A stretch of DNA of 64,000 nt from a virus (IMGVR_UViG_3300011989_000257:192001-256000), one strand, 5' to 3'; counted from the first letter of the stretch, positions 12,285 to 23,754 are shown. A program made the numbers and translations. The notes: generated by a model from the letters alone, not told the origin.

Positions 12285-12632
12285 TTACCAACAGATACTT
12301 TCTTGATATGGGTGTGGAAAGAGTTTATCATCCCAAAATGGATAGTAGCCTCCGCAAGCAAATCTTTCATAATTAGCCACTTTGTTATATATGGTATATA
12401 AAACCATGCCATAGATAGGTTTCCCTTCTTCATCTGTAAACAATTTAATCTCCTTTGGCTTTAGCGTTTCTCTATCATAAAGTTTGTCGAATGAATCTTT
12501 ATGTGATGTTTCTGCCTCTTGAATAATTAGTTTGGTGTCACGCTTAATTGCATAACTACAATCATACGTTTTCCCATCATATTCAAAGCAATTTCCATTT
12601 ATTTGATATTCTTCTTTCTTAATTGTTGCCAT
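12285..12632 (-). CDS. Hypothetical protein (MATI start)
   Basis: ORF track; begins in the start-associated repeat. Confidence 0.75.
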   Translation of the reverse strand: MATIKKEEYQINGNCFEYDGKTYDCSYAIKRDTKLIIQEAETSHKDSFDKLYDRETLKPKEIKLFTDEEGKPIYGMVLYTIYNKVANYERFACGGYYPFWDDKLFPHPYQESICW

Positions 12633-12643
12633 AGTTATTCAAA

Positions 12644-12814
12644 TTAAATTATCCAGCCGATTTCATACATTCTATTTCCACTTTCGTCTTCGATGGTATA
12701 TCCACGCATATCATCAGAATTTACAACCTTAACACGAGTACCTTTTGCAAATGTACGAGCCAAACAACTATGCTTTTTTGTTGTTACAACCCATTCTCCA
12801 ATTTTTGTTGCCAT
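12644..12814 (-). CDS. 56-aa hypothetical protein (MATKIGEWVV...)
   Basis: Manual translation; first gene after the promoter at 12843. Confidence 0.7.
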   Translation of the reverse strand: MATKIGEWVVTTKKHSCLARTFAKGTRVKVVNSDDMRGYTIEDESGNRMYEIGWII

Positions 12815-12842
12815 AGTTATTAATATCTTTAATGTTATAGTG

Positions 12843-12874
12843 CAAATATACGAAAAAAATATGGGATAACCAAA
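12843..12874 (-). promoter_or_regulatory. Bacteroidetes promoter with hairpin
   Basis: TTTG-N20-TATATTTG; IR aaatatgggataa...ttatctcatattt. Confidence 0.85.
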
Positions 12875-12959
12875 AGATTATCTCATATTTAATATTATTT
12901 AACGTATTTTGTAATTTTACAATCGAGACAATATGCTGAATGCATACTATTGTGTTATT

Positions 12960-14675
12960 TTACTTTTTGTCCAATATTTCCAAGGTATCTTTAAATATTT
13001 CCAAGACATCTTCGATGGCTTTAAGAGCCTCTTCATTGTGGCGGTATTTTAATCTCAGTATTCTCACTTCACATAGTTTCCACAATAAGTCGGTTTCTGC
13101 TCGTTGATAGCCTTGCTGATATATAATCCTTTTATTTAAATTCAAATCATAAGAGCCACGACTATCACCTTCTATTCTTTGTGGATATGCCTTTAACGCT
13201 TCATCTTCTGCTTTGCTCATGGCATTTTTCCTTAAACTCTTTTACTTCGTTTTTCAGTTCTTCTATATTTTTCAGTTCTTTCCCAATGGCGATTTTGATG
13301 TCTTCGTCAGTATTTGCCAATGAATCATTTTTTGATTTCATTCTTTTTATTTCAGTGAAGAGTCTTTTTGCTTCAGCATGTTCAAAAATGGTATAATATT
13401 CTCCATCTCCTATTTCAATTTTGAATGTTCTTGCCAAATCTGGTGAAATGGTCATAAGTTCCCACCCTGAGTCAAAATCTAAACGTATTTTTGTCATGTT
13501 GTTGTTTTCATCGAAACGGTATGATACAGATTTCACCTTGATAGGTGTTATTTCTGTCCCTACTAATTTCCATATATAATCACCTTTTTCAAGCTGATTA
13601 AACATTAAAAATTGGAACTTCTTCTTATGTTCATATTTAATTATGTCGTATATCCAGCATAGGATTGGTGATATAGTTAGTAGAATCAGTAATATTGCAG
13701 TACAAGCTATCATAATTGTCATCATAATTATTATTTTTATGTTATTTAATGTATTCGATTTCAATCACATTTGGTATTTGGTTTCTATCATATAAAAAAA
13801 GATGTCCTTTCCACTGTATGAGGTACACGTTTGATGAATCTGTTGGCATTATTATCCGTTCAATATATGCCTCGTTTGTCATTCCTTCGACTTGTCCTAT
13901 TGATGAACATCCAATTGTCAATAGTACTAACAATGACAATATAATGATTTTTCTCATAAATTTTTAAGTTTATTTAGATATTTTCTATAGACAGCACCTG
14001 AAGAATATGCATCGATTTTATGGTGTAAGATGAAACCATGCGTTTGTAAAAAGATATGTATTTTTCTTATGAACCTTGCTATATCTTGTTTGCTTGTAGC
14101 GATTATTTTCTCTTTTTCATAAGCCATTAATACATGGATTGAAAATTCGTCATCATTTGCATTTTGGGCTGGTATTTCTTCCCTAAAATCGTCTCCAACT
14201 ATTAACAAGGTATCATTACTTGTGAATGTAGCCATTCGAATGCGAACCTTTCTTAATCTGAACCTTTCAGCAATAAACGGATTATATTCACAGAAATACA
14301 AATATCTACCTTTTATTTTTAATTTATTTTTATTTCTCATAAAGATTCGATTGCTTTATCGTATATATTTGAGCCAACCTTTGTGATATAATCTCTAGAG
14401 TCAACGCCTTTTAAAGTAATAAGAGCAATTTTATCCGTAAATGGATTATCCAATATTTCTATAGCCTCTTTTAATTGTTTTACGTTGTCAAAATAAACGT
14501 AGTAATCTGGTTTATTACCACTATTAAGAACTATTCTTATACGTAGTCTTGATGTTTCTGAACGTCTAATATCATAGTATGCAATATCCTTTGCTTTGAT
14601 TTTTGTGATATTGTCGATACCGCATGCAAATAATTTACTTTTTTCTTCGTTCATTTGATTGTAATCGTAGTTCAT
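12960..14675 (-). CDS. Operon of hypothetical genes (12960-~13190, 13201-13764 membrane-anchored, 13742-13957 lipoprotein, 13954-14340, 14337-14675)
   Basis: Overlapping head-to-tail ORFs; LTIGC lipobox in 13742..13957. Confidence 0.7.
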
Positions 14676-14700
14676 ATGAAAATTATTTTTTCGTTTGATG

Positions 14701-14732
14701 CAAAGATACGAAAAAATCGTGAGATAACCAAA
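14701..14732 (-). promoter_or_regulatory. Bacteroidetes promoter with hairpin
   Basis: TTTG-N20-TATCTTTG; IR cgtgagata...tatctcacg. Confidence 0.85.
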
Positions 14733-14751
14733 TATCTCACGTTAAAATATC

Positions 14752-17187
14752 TTAATACCGAGAACGATATGAATCCCAATATCTCTGTGATTCAACGATT
14801 ACATTTTGTAATGTCCCTTCTCTAATTATTCTCCCATCCACACCAAAGAATGATGTACCATCCCTCACGTGATTTATGGATAACAAATTGTCCACTGTTT
14901 TTCTATGTAATGTGACTATTCTTTCAATGACATCATCGTATGAAATCCATGAATGGTAACATAATTCATTTTGTGTTATTTCAGCCAATGCGACTGCTGT
15001 TAGTATTTTCTTTAGGATTAGCCATGCGCTTCCTCCTTCTTCAATACTTGTTTGATGGAGCAACTTTGCTGATACCTTTAATTGTCCTTTTGTTAAGTTA
15101 AACATCGCTTTCTGCTGCTGTTACTATTTCGAAATCTGTTTGTTTATGGTCTCTTTGGAATACATGAAATTTAATTGAGCATTGTTCATATTCTTTTCTG
15201 AACTTAATTGCATCTTTATATCCAGTTTTTTTATTTTGATAGAGTATCGTTTCAGAATGGTGTATATCTTTTCCCTTCTCTTTGTAAGAAACATCCAATA
15301 CATGGAATTCCTTCACCTCATCGAATTTATCCTCGAAATCAGTAATTGCATCCATTAAGGTATCTTCAGACAGCATGGAGCAAGGAAACCAAAAATCATT
15401 ATCAGGTTCCATGAAATAATATTCATCACCATTTGGGTTTGAATCGGTACTGACTTGTATTTTCCTTATAATTTTTATGTGCGCCTCTAGCGAAGGGGTG
15501 TTAGAAAAATTGCGTTTAAAACCAGTAAGATATATATTCCCATTTAATTTTATTGGTTCTAGCTCGATTCTGTCAACATAATCAGAAGTTAAATCTGTAG
15601 TATTGTTGAAGAATGTCATTATCATTTGCTGAGCCAAATATGAATTAATTGTAGTCATGCTTCTTTGATTTTTATGAGTTCTTTTTTTGCTTTATTATAT
15701 TTATATCCTGTTATCTGTAATAGATAAGAAATCTCTTTATATGTGCAAATGTCTAATTTGGTTATGACATCTGTAGATAAACGACTGCATATATTATTTG
15801 GAGGAGGACATGTGTCAAATAGTTTTTCTACCATGTTAATCAAGGCTTCTTTTTTGTATTGCTTAAATTTCGTTTGTATTTCCACAAAAGAAACCAAAGA
15901 ACGATATATACGTCTACTTTCAATATAGTTGGATTTTAAAGTAACCCATTTATTCTTTGGGTTGTTTTTATCGCTAACCAAGATAAAGTCACATTTCCCA
16001 ATCATAGTCAATATTTAGTATTTCCTTTAGATTTTTATTAATGGTATTTTTTCCAATTCCTCTTTTAAAATTTTTTTTGACATAGTTTGTAACAAAAAAT
16101 TTTTCCTTATCGAAATCATAATATCCCTTTGCCATTGTTTTTTTATTACAAGCTAGCCTACAGAAAATCTTACTTCCATCGTGATTCGATGCAAAGGCAA
16201 ATAACTCGAATCTATCTCCCATTGGTCAAAGAGTTTTTAATTTGCCTCTCGTAGTATGAGAGCCAATTGATTAACATTGGTTTTTTGCTTTGGAAATTAT
16301 CTTCATTAAGATTGTCTAACGCAGCCTTTCTGAAAGCATTTGCGTTTCGTTTAACTTTTTTCATTAAACTTTCTGACGAAGAAAGGTTTTCGCCAAACAT
16401 ATCGTCTTTAATCACATTTCCATCCAAATGGTCAAATGCTCTTTTCATGAAATCAACACGTTCCTTAAATGTGTCTTTTGTTAATTCGTTGATTGAATCG
16501 ATACAGTTTAAGAATATTTCATCAACTTCCTCTAATGTATTTCTATTAATCATAATAATTTTCCGAAATTATCTTTTATATTGTAATTAAAATAGCAAAA
16601 GCGTCCCCCACCATTCCGATATGTTCTATATGCATTATCAATCAAGGAAATAGTTCCCATGCATGCTTTAGGTTCAGTGAACATAGCATAAGGTGTTCTC
16701 CAACAGCATGCATCTTCTCCTTTCTGCTTTTCCAAGCAAGCCCATACAATTGTTTTGAAGAAAAGCAACTCATCAATTGGTCTTTTATTTCTCAATTCTC
16801 TGTATAATTGTAGAATTTTATCTGTACTCTCACTCGCAAGCCCAAATATATTTTTTCGTTTCATAGCAATTTTCCGAAATCTTTTTCTTTTTTGTAACCG
16901 AATGGATGTACTGCCTCACAAAGAAACATTATGTATCCTAAAGGTGTTTTACTTTTTCCCGCTCTCACACCGTTTTGTATGATTTCCAAATATTTGCTGA
17001 CGCTAACATAACATTTGTGGCATTTGCCATCGAATATGGTAGTCTCACTTTGTGCTTCTATCATTTTGGTAACAAACGATTTAACACTTAGTAGTTTATA
17101 TAAATCATGCTTTTGCTTAGCATCTTTATATATTGCAAAAATATATTCAAAATCATTTTTTCCAACAATTTTTTCCAATCTAGTCAT
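14752..17187 (-). CDS. Operon of hypothetical genes (14752-15105, 15098-15658, 15655-16011, 15989-16222, 16212-16553, 16550-16864, 16861-~17187)
   Basis: Overlapping ORFs; the last two end in KD(N)FGKLL. Confidence 0.7.
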
Positions 17188-17205
17188 GCCTAATTTAATT
17201 TGTAG

Positions 17206-17237
17206 CAAAGATATGGAAAAAAAATCAATTTCACAAA
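17206..17237 (-). promoter_or_regulatory. Bacteroidetes promoter
   Basis: TTTG-N20-TATCTTTG. Confidence 0.75.
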
Positions 17238-17258
17238 AATTAACTGTTAAAAAAAACT

Positions 17259-17286
17259 AAAAGGACGGATTAAAAATCCATCCTTT
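17259..17286 (-). terminator. Intrinsic terminator
   Basis: aaaggacggat/atccatccttt stem after the 17285 ORF stop. Confidence 0.6.
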
Positions 17287-17998
17287 AGTCAGCAGCCTCT
17301 AACGCTACTTCTAGTTCTTTTTCATAATTACATTTTGTTTTTGCTATAGTGCTAGAAACATTTTTTCTAGGGACAATATTTTTTTCTTTCGAGATTTTTT
17401 TAATTTGTTTAGCTTCATCTTCTGTTGCCATTTTAATGTCTTTTGGGTAAACGTTATATCGTTTTCCAGTATTAACATCAATAACACAATGTGAAGAATC
17501 TAATTGATATGTGCATTCAAATATTCCTAGAAATTGTTCGCCACTCCATTTTTTGCAACTAACACAATCTCCGCTATTAAAAACTATTTTTCCCATTGTT
17601 TTTTTTCCTTTAAATTGTTCCAATATCAGCAACAACCAATTCAAAATCAGTCATTTCTTTAACCTCTACAGCTTCTTCATATTCTACTTTTAATTTTGGA
17701 ATCAGTTTTGGCTCTTCTTTTTTGTGGGGTTGGCTTTCTGTTTTTTCAAACATTGAGTTAAATCGTTTATCTAACTTGTCGTATATTTCAATTGTTTCTT
17801 GCTCAGTGGCATCAACCATTGAATCACCTCTTTCTTCTTTTATTAGATATTGTTGTTCGCCATCCCAAACGATATGACTATTCCCTATATCACTTTGATG
17901 AAGTGCTAAAAATTCTCTTCCGTCTTTCTTCTTACATCTAACAACTTTCCATGCACGAAAAAAATCAATTCGCCTTTCCATGTTTACTTTTTTTAATG

Positions 17999-18030
17999 CA
18001 AAGATATCGAAATTAAATGAGATAACCAAA
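17999..18030 (-). promoter_or_regulatory. Bacteroidetes promoter with imperfect hairpin
   Basis: TTTG-N20-TATCTTTG; tgagataa...ttacctca. Confidence 0.8.
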
Positions 18031-18448
18031 TATTACCTCAAGTTTTAACATTAATTATGAGAGATTTACATTTGCTCTTGAATGCGCTTATTTTGTATTT
18101 GGTTTTTCAATTTCCTTCCAAAACAGAATATCATCGAATTCCACAACATCATCAGAGCCTACGAAATCAAAATATCTGTTACAACTACCATCAGAACTTT
18201 CATCAGCATATGATACCACAACCCTTTCTGACAAATCCTTCATAATGACAACATAATAGGTTGAAGACCAGTCAACATATTCATCGAACAAGTCTTTCTC
18301 AGACTGTTTATGCCACTCATTAATGCATTTTGTCTTAAGGCCAATAAGCCAATCCACGAGTTTATCATACTCAGACTGTCCAAGGCATTTGGTAACGTCC
18401 AATACGCTAATGATTCTATCTATCATTTTTACGTCTTTATTCTTCATT

Positions 18449-19003
18449 CTAACCTTCAATATACATTACACCTTGTCTGTTGAACATATCGATTACATTA
18501 TTAGCATCCATGTGTTTGATAAGCTTTCCAGGCCATCCTCTGAGTGGAACTTTCTCTTCCAATAGTCTTCCAAGCTCACAATCAAATCTTCTGCTATTCA
18601 TAGCAATGTCTTCATCACTATAGTCATAGATACAGTTATCCCAAGCCTCTGCTACATTCGAGATAAACATTGATGTTGCAAATGCCTTTAGGTGATGGTC
18701 TTCACAGAAGTTTGCAGCATAGCACCACACACAGATTACGTTCTTTGCTCTGATAAGATGTACATTGTTCTCATGGAGAATATACATTCCCTTATCGAAG
18801 TCTGGAAACAACAATCCATTCTCTGTGCCATGACCAGCAAAGATAAGTGTATCTTCTTCCTTTGCAATGGCTTCATCAACCTTATCCTCCCAATTAATTG
18901 AGTCCTTGGTAATCTCAATAAGATTGACATTTAGCTGACCTTCCCATATCTTCGGTAGGGTCATACAATCAATGTCGTTATTATTAGCAAAAATTACAGT
19001 CAT
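18449..19003 (-). CDS. Possible clan CD (caspase/gingipain/CHAT-like) cysteine peptidase domain
   Basis: Hydrophobic strand + GHG (LIFAGHG), later hydrophobic strand + C (VICVWC). Confidence 0.4.
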   Translation of the reverse strand: MTVIFANNNDIDCMTLPKIWEGQLNVNLIEITKDSINWEDKVDEAIAKEEDTLIFAGHGTENGLLFPDFDKGMYILHENNVHLIRAKNVICVWCYAANFCEDHHLKAFATSMFISNVAEAWDNCIYDYSDEDIAMNSRRFDCELGRLLEEKVPLRGWPGKLIKHMDANNVIDMFNRQGVMYIEG

Positions 19004-19436
19004 CTTCTACGTATGTTTCTTCTTCAAAAATCAGTTTCTCACTCACAATCTCACCAACTTGGTTTTCCCAATAAGCAGTGCCCTTGGGTATTGTGCATTC
19101 TATTACTACTGTCTTATGGTCTCCGCCATACTTGCCATTATTTTGATATATTTTTTGACCGCCTAGATGTCTAAGGCTTTTAACCTTTATATCTCCACCG
19201 CATAGCTGTTTCATTTCAATGTCCCAAGCATAGGAATGGAAACCAGCCTCAATAGCAACCCCAAAATTTCTTCCGTATATTGGGGTTACTTTGGTGCTGT
19301 ATTCCTTACCTAGTTCATATTCGAACCATTCTTGGTAATATCCATAATAACTTCCCTTGAACTTATCGACAATCTTTCTTGTCTTAATGTCCTCAGCTGC
19401 TATCTTCTCATCATTTACTTTACCTACCCAACACAT
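18984..19436 (-). CDS. Phage protein, MCWxGKV/GFH family
   Basis: Paralogue of 19443..19964 (GFHSY, ECxIPKGT, GEIV). Confidence 0.8.
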   Translation of the reverse strand: MCWVGKVNDEKIAAEDIKTRKIVDKFKGSYYGYYQEWFEYELGKEYSTKVTPIYGRNFGVAIEAGFHSYAWDIEMKQLCGGDIKVKSLRHLGGQKIYQNNGKYGGDHKTVVIECTIPKGTAYWENQVGEIVSEKLIFEEETYVEDDCNFC

Positions 19437-19442
19437 AGTTTC

Positions 19443-19964
19443 TTAATCAAATAACCAATTTTTCTTAACCTCTCTGAATCTCATTGGTTGCTCATTCTTT
19501 GGAGCACCCAATTCCCAACGAAAGTATAAACACGGTGTCACAATTTCGCCATACTTATTAATGTAATATTCTGTTCCCTTTGGGATTACACACTCTACCA
19601 CAACGGATTTCCATACACTCACATATAAGTCATATGTTTGCATTATGTTTCCAAATCTACGACTACTTCCAACACATAGTATTTTAGTTGGTTTCTCTTT
19701 GCTATATGGGTTTTTTTGATAGCCAAGAGTTATATGCGCATTCTGGGAATAGCAATGAAATCCTTGATTGATACTAGCATCTAGTCCCAAAGTTCTAACC
19801 TCAAGTGGCTTAATAAGGGTATATCGATGACCCATTTCATAATTTTTGCCTTGGAATGGAGAACGGTATTCCTTATTCTTTATTCCCCACCGTTCCAAGA
19901 CCTTATACACGATAATATTTTGTTTGGCAATTCTCTTATCATCTACTTTACCTATCCAACACAT
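19443..19964 (-). CDS. Phage protein, MCWxGKV/GFH family
   Basis: GFHCY, ECVIPKGT, GEIV. Confidence 0.8.
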   Translation of the reverse strand: MCWIGKVDDKRIAKQNIIVYKVLERWGIKNKEYRSPFQGKNYEMGHRYTLIKPLEVRTLGLDASINQGFHCYSQNAHITLGYQKNPYSKEKPTKILCVGSSRRFGNIMQTYDLYVSVWKSVVVECVIPKGTEYYINKYGEIVTPCLYFRWELGAPKNEQPMRFREVKKNWLFD

Positions 19965-20275
19965 AGTTTATTTAATTTTTCTTCCAAATCTTTGATGTGG
20001 TCTTTTACTACTTTCTTCAAGTCTTCTTTATTAAAATATATTGTTACATAGTCATTATATTTAGCTTTTGTTTTGGCCAAGTCAGATGTACAGAACCATT
20101 CCTCATATTTATTTTTAAAGAAAAATATTGTTACTCCGTATTTATCAAACTCGGTTTTTGATACACTAAATATATCAAAATCATGTGTTTTGCTATCATA
20201 ATAATATAGTGAATCGCCTACCTTTAAATCATTAAATGTTACTTTCTTTGTATTCATATTATCTTTTTTTTTTTG

Positions 20276-20307
20276 CAAAGATACGAAAAAAAATTGAGTT
20301 GACCAAA
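20276..20307 (-). promoter_or_regulatory. Bacteroidetes promoter with hairpin
   Basis: TTTG-N20-TATCTTTG; stem ttgagttgac...gtcaacccaa. Confidence 0.85.
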
Positions 20308-20309
20308 TG

Positions 20310-20456
20310 TCAACCCAACTTTTTAACAGAGTTTAATCTTAACGATTTAAGTTCTTCAAGCCATCTAGCCAATTGAAGATGGTCTTCAGCGCATCCTTTA
20401 ACTGAACAAGTAATAGCTTTTTCTTTGCAGTGAGCTATTGCTTCATCCAAGGTCAT
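20310..20456 (-). CDS. 48-aa phage protein (MTLDEAIAHC...CAEDHLQLARWLEELK)
   Basis: Manual translation. Confidence 0.65.
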   Translation of the reverse strand: MTLDEAIAHCKEKAITCSVKGCAEDHLQLARWLEELKSLRLNSVKKLG

Positions 20457-20602
20457 TTTCATCAATATTTTGATTCTTCTGTCAATGCTCCACGTTTACA
20501 TCTTCTTTCAGGTGTTAAATGTGGATAACCAAAATAATGACAATACCACCTTTCATGTCTTTTAATTTCTTCGTCTGCCATAATAGTTAAAAATTAAACA
20601 AT

Positions 20603-20707
20603 AAAAAAAAATAGGCACACCCCTCACATTTTCATGTGAAGAGTATGCCTTACTGTTACAGTGACCTTTATATATTATATATAGGTATGTTGGCTTTCAA
20701 TAAATTC
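20603..20707 (-). ncRNA. Candidate ~105-nt structured small RNA
   Basis: Lies between the promoter at 20712 and a strong hairpin (20613-20650) + U-run; two further hairpins; no credible ORF. Confidence 0.5.
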
Positions 20708-20711
20708 AATG

Positions 20712-20742
20712 CAAAGATATGAAAAATAATTGAGATAACAAA
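20712..20742 (-). promoter_or_regulatory. Bacteroidetes promoter
   Basis: TTTG-N19-TATCTTTG. Confidence 0.8.
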
Positions 20743-20774
20743 ATATTTATAGTTAATTAACGTTAATAAAAAAA

Positions 20775-21917
20775 ATGAAAAGAATACATATAAATGAGAC
20801 CCAATTGAACGAAATTCAATTTGGTGACGGATTTTGTGCTGGAACTGACCAACCATATTATGAGAACGAGGAGACTGGAGAAGTCTATGAAGCGACTTGG
20901 AATGGAGATTATGGATTTCCATTTGGCTATTGGCCAATCGATTATAACGGTAGCATGAAATTCGCTGTTGGTGATGCTTATACAACCCATGCAAATGCTT
21001 GCGGCAAGTGTGCTAAAGAGTATTTCAATGACTCCATGTATGAACAAATAGATGATGCAGCATGTCAACTTTCAGATGCAATGGAATCATTTGCTTCTGA
21101 CTTTCAAGAGTATGGGTATCAATATAATGAGGAAAGCGGTTTATGGGTATCAGCAGATGGCAGCGATGAAAGGGATTTGGATGATTTCATAAATGAGATA
21201 GAAGACCAAGTTTCTACCCCAATTAATATGCGTGATTATATCAGTGAATTTGTAGATAACTATACTCAAGGTGACACGAATATCCCAAGTAGTAGTGAGA
21301 TATATGAGTATATGAATGACGATATTTCAGATACATATGATTTCACGGATAAGGATGATATTAATTATGCAATGGAACAATTGGGCATGGATTTCTACCA
21401 ATACTTTGAAATGGGAAGAAATGAAGGTAGGATTTGGCCTGAAAGGGAAATGATTGGTTTCTATGAATCAGAGCAGCCAGACCCAGAGACATTGCACGAT
21501 ATTCTTTATGCATTGCAAGATAATGGAATTGCAAAAGTCAGTGACATGCTCCAATATCACATGGTCTTTGAAGATTGGAGAAATGATGGCACTATTACCG
21601 CATGTACAATACAAGACTACATCGATGGAAACTACGGTCCAGAATCATATGAGGATGAAGAATCTGATGAGCCAATACAATATAATAATGGACAAAAGAC
21701 CGTGTTCGTGCCTCATTTGGCAAACCAAGACCAAAAGAGAGAGTATTTCAAGGATTTTAGAAACACTAGAGATAGGGCTGTCTATACGCCTAGAGAAAAG
21801 GCAGCTGGAAACCTTGCAGCATATCATGCAATGCGTTATCCATATGGCGAATCTGAGAAAAAAATAGGAAATATTATAAAAGAGGTTATAAACAAAATGA
21901 TAAAGATGGAAAGCTAA
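20775..21917 (+). CDS. Highly acidic 380-aa protein, probably late/virion-associated
   Basis: One of only two long + strand ORFs; D/E-rich; IHINETQL N-terminus; preceded by ATATTTAT at 20743. Confidence 0.75.
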   Translation: MKRIHINETQLNEIQFGDGFCAGTDQPYYENEETGEVYEATWNGDYGFPFGYWPIDYNGSMKFAVGDAYTTHANACGKCAKEYFNDSMYEQIDDAACQLSDAMESFASDFQEYGYQYNEESGLWVSADGSDERDLDDFINEIEDQVSTPINMRDYISEFVDNYTQGDTNIPSSSEIYEYMNDDISDTYDFTDKDDINYAMEQLGMDFYQYFEMGRNEGRIWPEREMIGFYESEQPDPETLHDILYALQDNGIAKVSDMLQYHMVFEDWRNDGTITACTIQDYIDGNYGPESYEDEESDEPIQYNNGQKTVFVPHLANQDQKREYFKDFRNTRDRAVYTPREKAAGNLAAYHAMRYPYGESEKKIGNIIKEVINKMIKMES

Positions 21918-22904
21918 AATGCTATTCCATCTTTTTTTAATTCCCCTTTCTTCCTATTGTATGAGAAACCATTCATCCTAAGCAAAGTCATGAACTTGTT
22001 ATATTCTTCCAATGTTGGGATTTCAAATGTGTCCTCTCTTGTCCTACGAATTGGACCATCAAGGCTAATGGTGCTCTTTTGTCGATACCTTATATAAAGT
22101 TGACTAAATGGTATTTCACTATCCCTTATGATTTTTCCATCATCGTTTGACTTTCCATGATAAAGGCAGCATCCAAGGTCATAACATGTGGTGTGTTCAT
22201 CAAATGGCTTCAATTTATCCATTACAATGTAACGACTTTCCCCTTCACAACTTGGGGTTATAACCATTCTTATTTTATAGTCTTCCTCTGGAATCTGCAT
22301 TTCTTTTTGTTATATATAAGGCAATTATCTCTCAAAGATTTTCCAAGCGCTAGATACATGCTAACTGATGGCAATTCAAATACATCGTCTTTATGGACAC
22401 CAAAGGTGTTTGCCATTCCATTATTAAACGCACTAGTTTTATTAAACGACAAGGTAGGTCTGCCAATATATTGCCCTTTACTATTTTTCACCGTTGCTAC
22501 ACAATAATAATGATGCAATTTGGTTGCGTCGAAACTGATATTATCAAAATCATCTATTCCAATAAATTGTGTATGCGCTTCTTGTACAGTGTCATGTATT
22601 GTTCTGATTTTGAAACTCATTTGAATAGTTTAATTCTTTCCTTGTTATGTATTTTATGTAGGTTTCCTAAAATTGCCATTAATTCCTTGAAGTCCTCAAT
22701 CTTTTTTTCATTAACAACTATCTCTGATACCATTTTCGTCATACCAAATGTTTCAGGGTTAACCTTAATCACCTCAACATCAATCTTAACAGCGTAATAT
22801 GGTACGCTAAGGTATGAATAAGTTAATCTACTGCCATTACGTTTAACTGTATGTGCAAAGAACTTATTTTTCTCTAGTATATTTCTAATTTTATCGTAAT
22901 TCAT
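21914..22904 (-). CDS. Three hypothetical genes (21914-22300, 22270-22620, 22617-22904)
   Basis: Overlapping ORFs; the first two end in a YNxKK module; 22904 start lies 4 nt after a -7 element. Confidence 0.7.
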
Positions 22905-22908
22905 AATG

Positions 22909-22940
22909 CAAATATACGAAAAAAAATTGAGATAGCCAAA
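22909..22940 (-). promoter_or_regulatory. Bacteroidetes promoter (probably leaderless transcript)
   Basis: TTTG-N20-TATATTTG-CATT-ATG. Confidence 0.8.
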
Positions 22941-23229
22941 TAAAATCAACTATTTTGTTTCAGTTTCAGTTTCTCCCTTCTGTATCATTAAAGTCAATTT
23001 AAGATTTGTGTCAAAACCTTTGGTATAATTGCCACTGCTTCTATAATAAGCTGACATTATTTGACTTAGAATAGATGTGAGACTGCTAGCCTTCCCTTTA
23101 ATTACCATTTTGCATAATACATCCCCTTCAGTATCTTCAAGTTCCTTCTTTGACATGTTTGTGAGGACATTATGAGCAAGTTCTTCTAACTTGGTTTTAT
23201 CCACGCTAGAAGAACTCATTTCCTTGTTG

Positions 23230-23754
23230 TTATTTTCTGCCATTGATTTTACCAATTAGTACTTCCTTAATTATTTCACCGTTTACAGTTGGATATACTG
23301 AATTAATCATAGGTTTTATTTTTCCCATATCCTTCATTGAGAGAACATAATCTTCTTTTTGTTCAGAAAGATATTCATCAATCTTGTTAACAATGAACTC
23401 CTTTAATTCTTCGCCACTAGGTACACTTGGAAGAAACTCTTGCAAGATAAAAAGCTCTTGTTGTTCAGCCTCAGCCAATTCAGGTCTTCCATTATCTCCA
23501 TAGTCCTTGATGTTTTTCTTACGTTTTTCTGCCATACCGTTCAAGAACAATATTTCTTCCTCCTCTTTCATTTGATATTCAGAACGCTCATAAACTTTTT
23601 GGTTTTCCTTTATGAGTTCCGACTTGATGAGTTTAAGACTATTCAATCTAGCAGTTAGCCCATCTATAGTGCTTTGCATTTGTTTGTTAGCAACAGCAGT
23701 GGCTTTTGCCTTCATCGTCTCTTTTAATTTACTTTCAATTTCTGTTAGTTTCAT
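23230..23754 (-). CDS. yqeY: GatB/YqeY domain protein
   Basis: MKAK..LKLIKSE, KRKKNIKDY..GRPELAEAEQQE..LQEFLP, MKDMGKI. Confidence 0.8.
   Translation of the reverse strand: MKLTEIESKLKETMKAKATAVANKQMQSTIDGLTARLNSLKLIKSELIKENQKVYERSEYQMKEEEEILFLNGMAEKRKKNIKDYGDNGRPELAEAEQQELFILQEFLPSVPSGEELKEFIVNKIDEYLSEQKEDYVLSMKDMGKIKPMINSVYPTVNGEIIKEVLIGKINGRK

Larger units (their letters stand above)
9783..12819 (-). repeat. Start-associated direct repeat TAACTATGGCAACA (7 exact copies)
   Basis: Exact copies at 9783, 10043, 10392, 10776, 11373, 12624 and 12806, each containing the ATG of a different gene. Confidence 0.9.
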
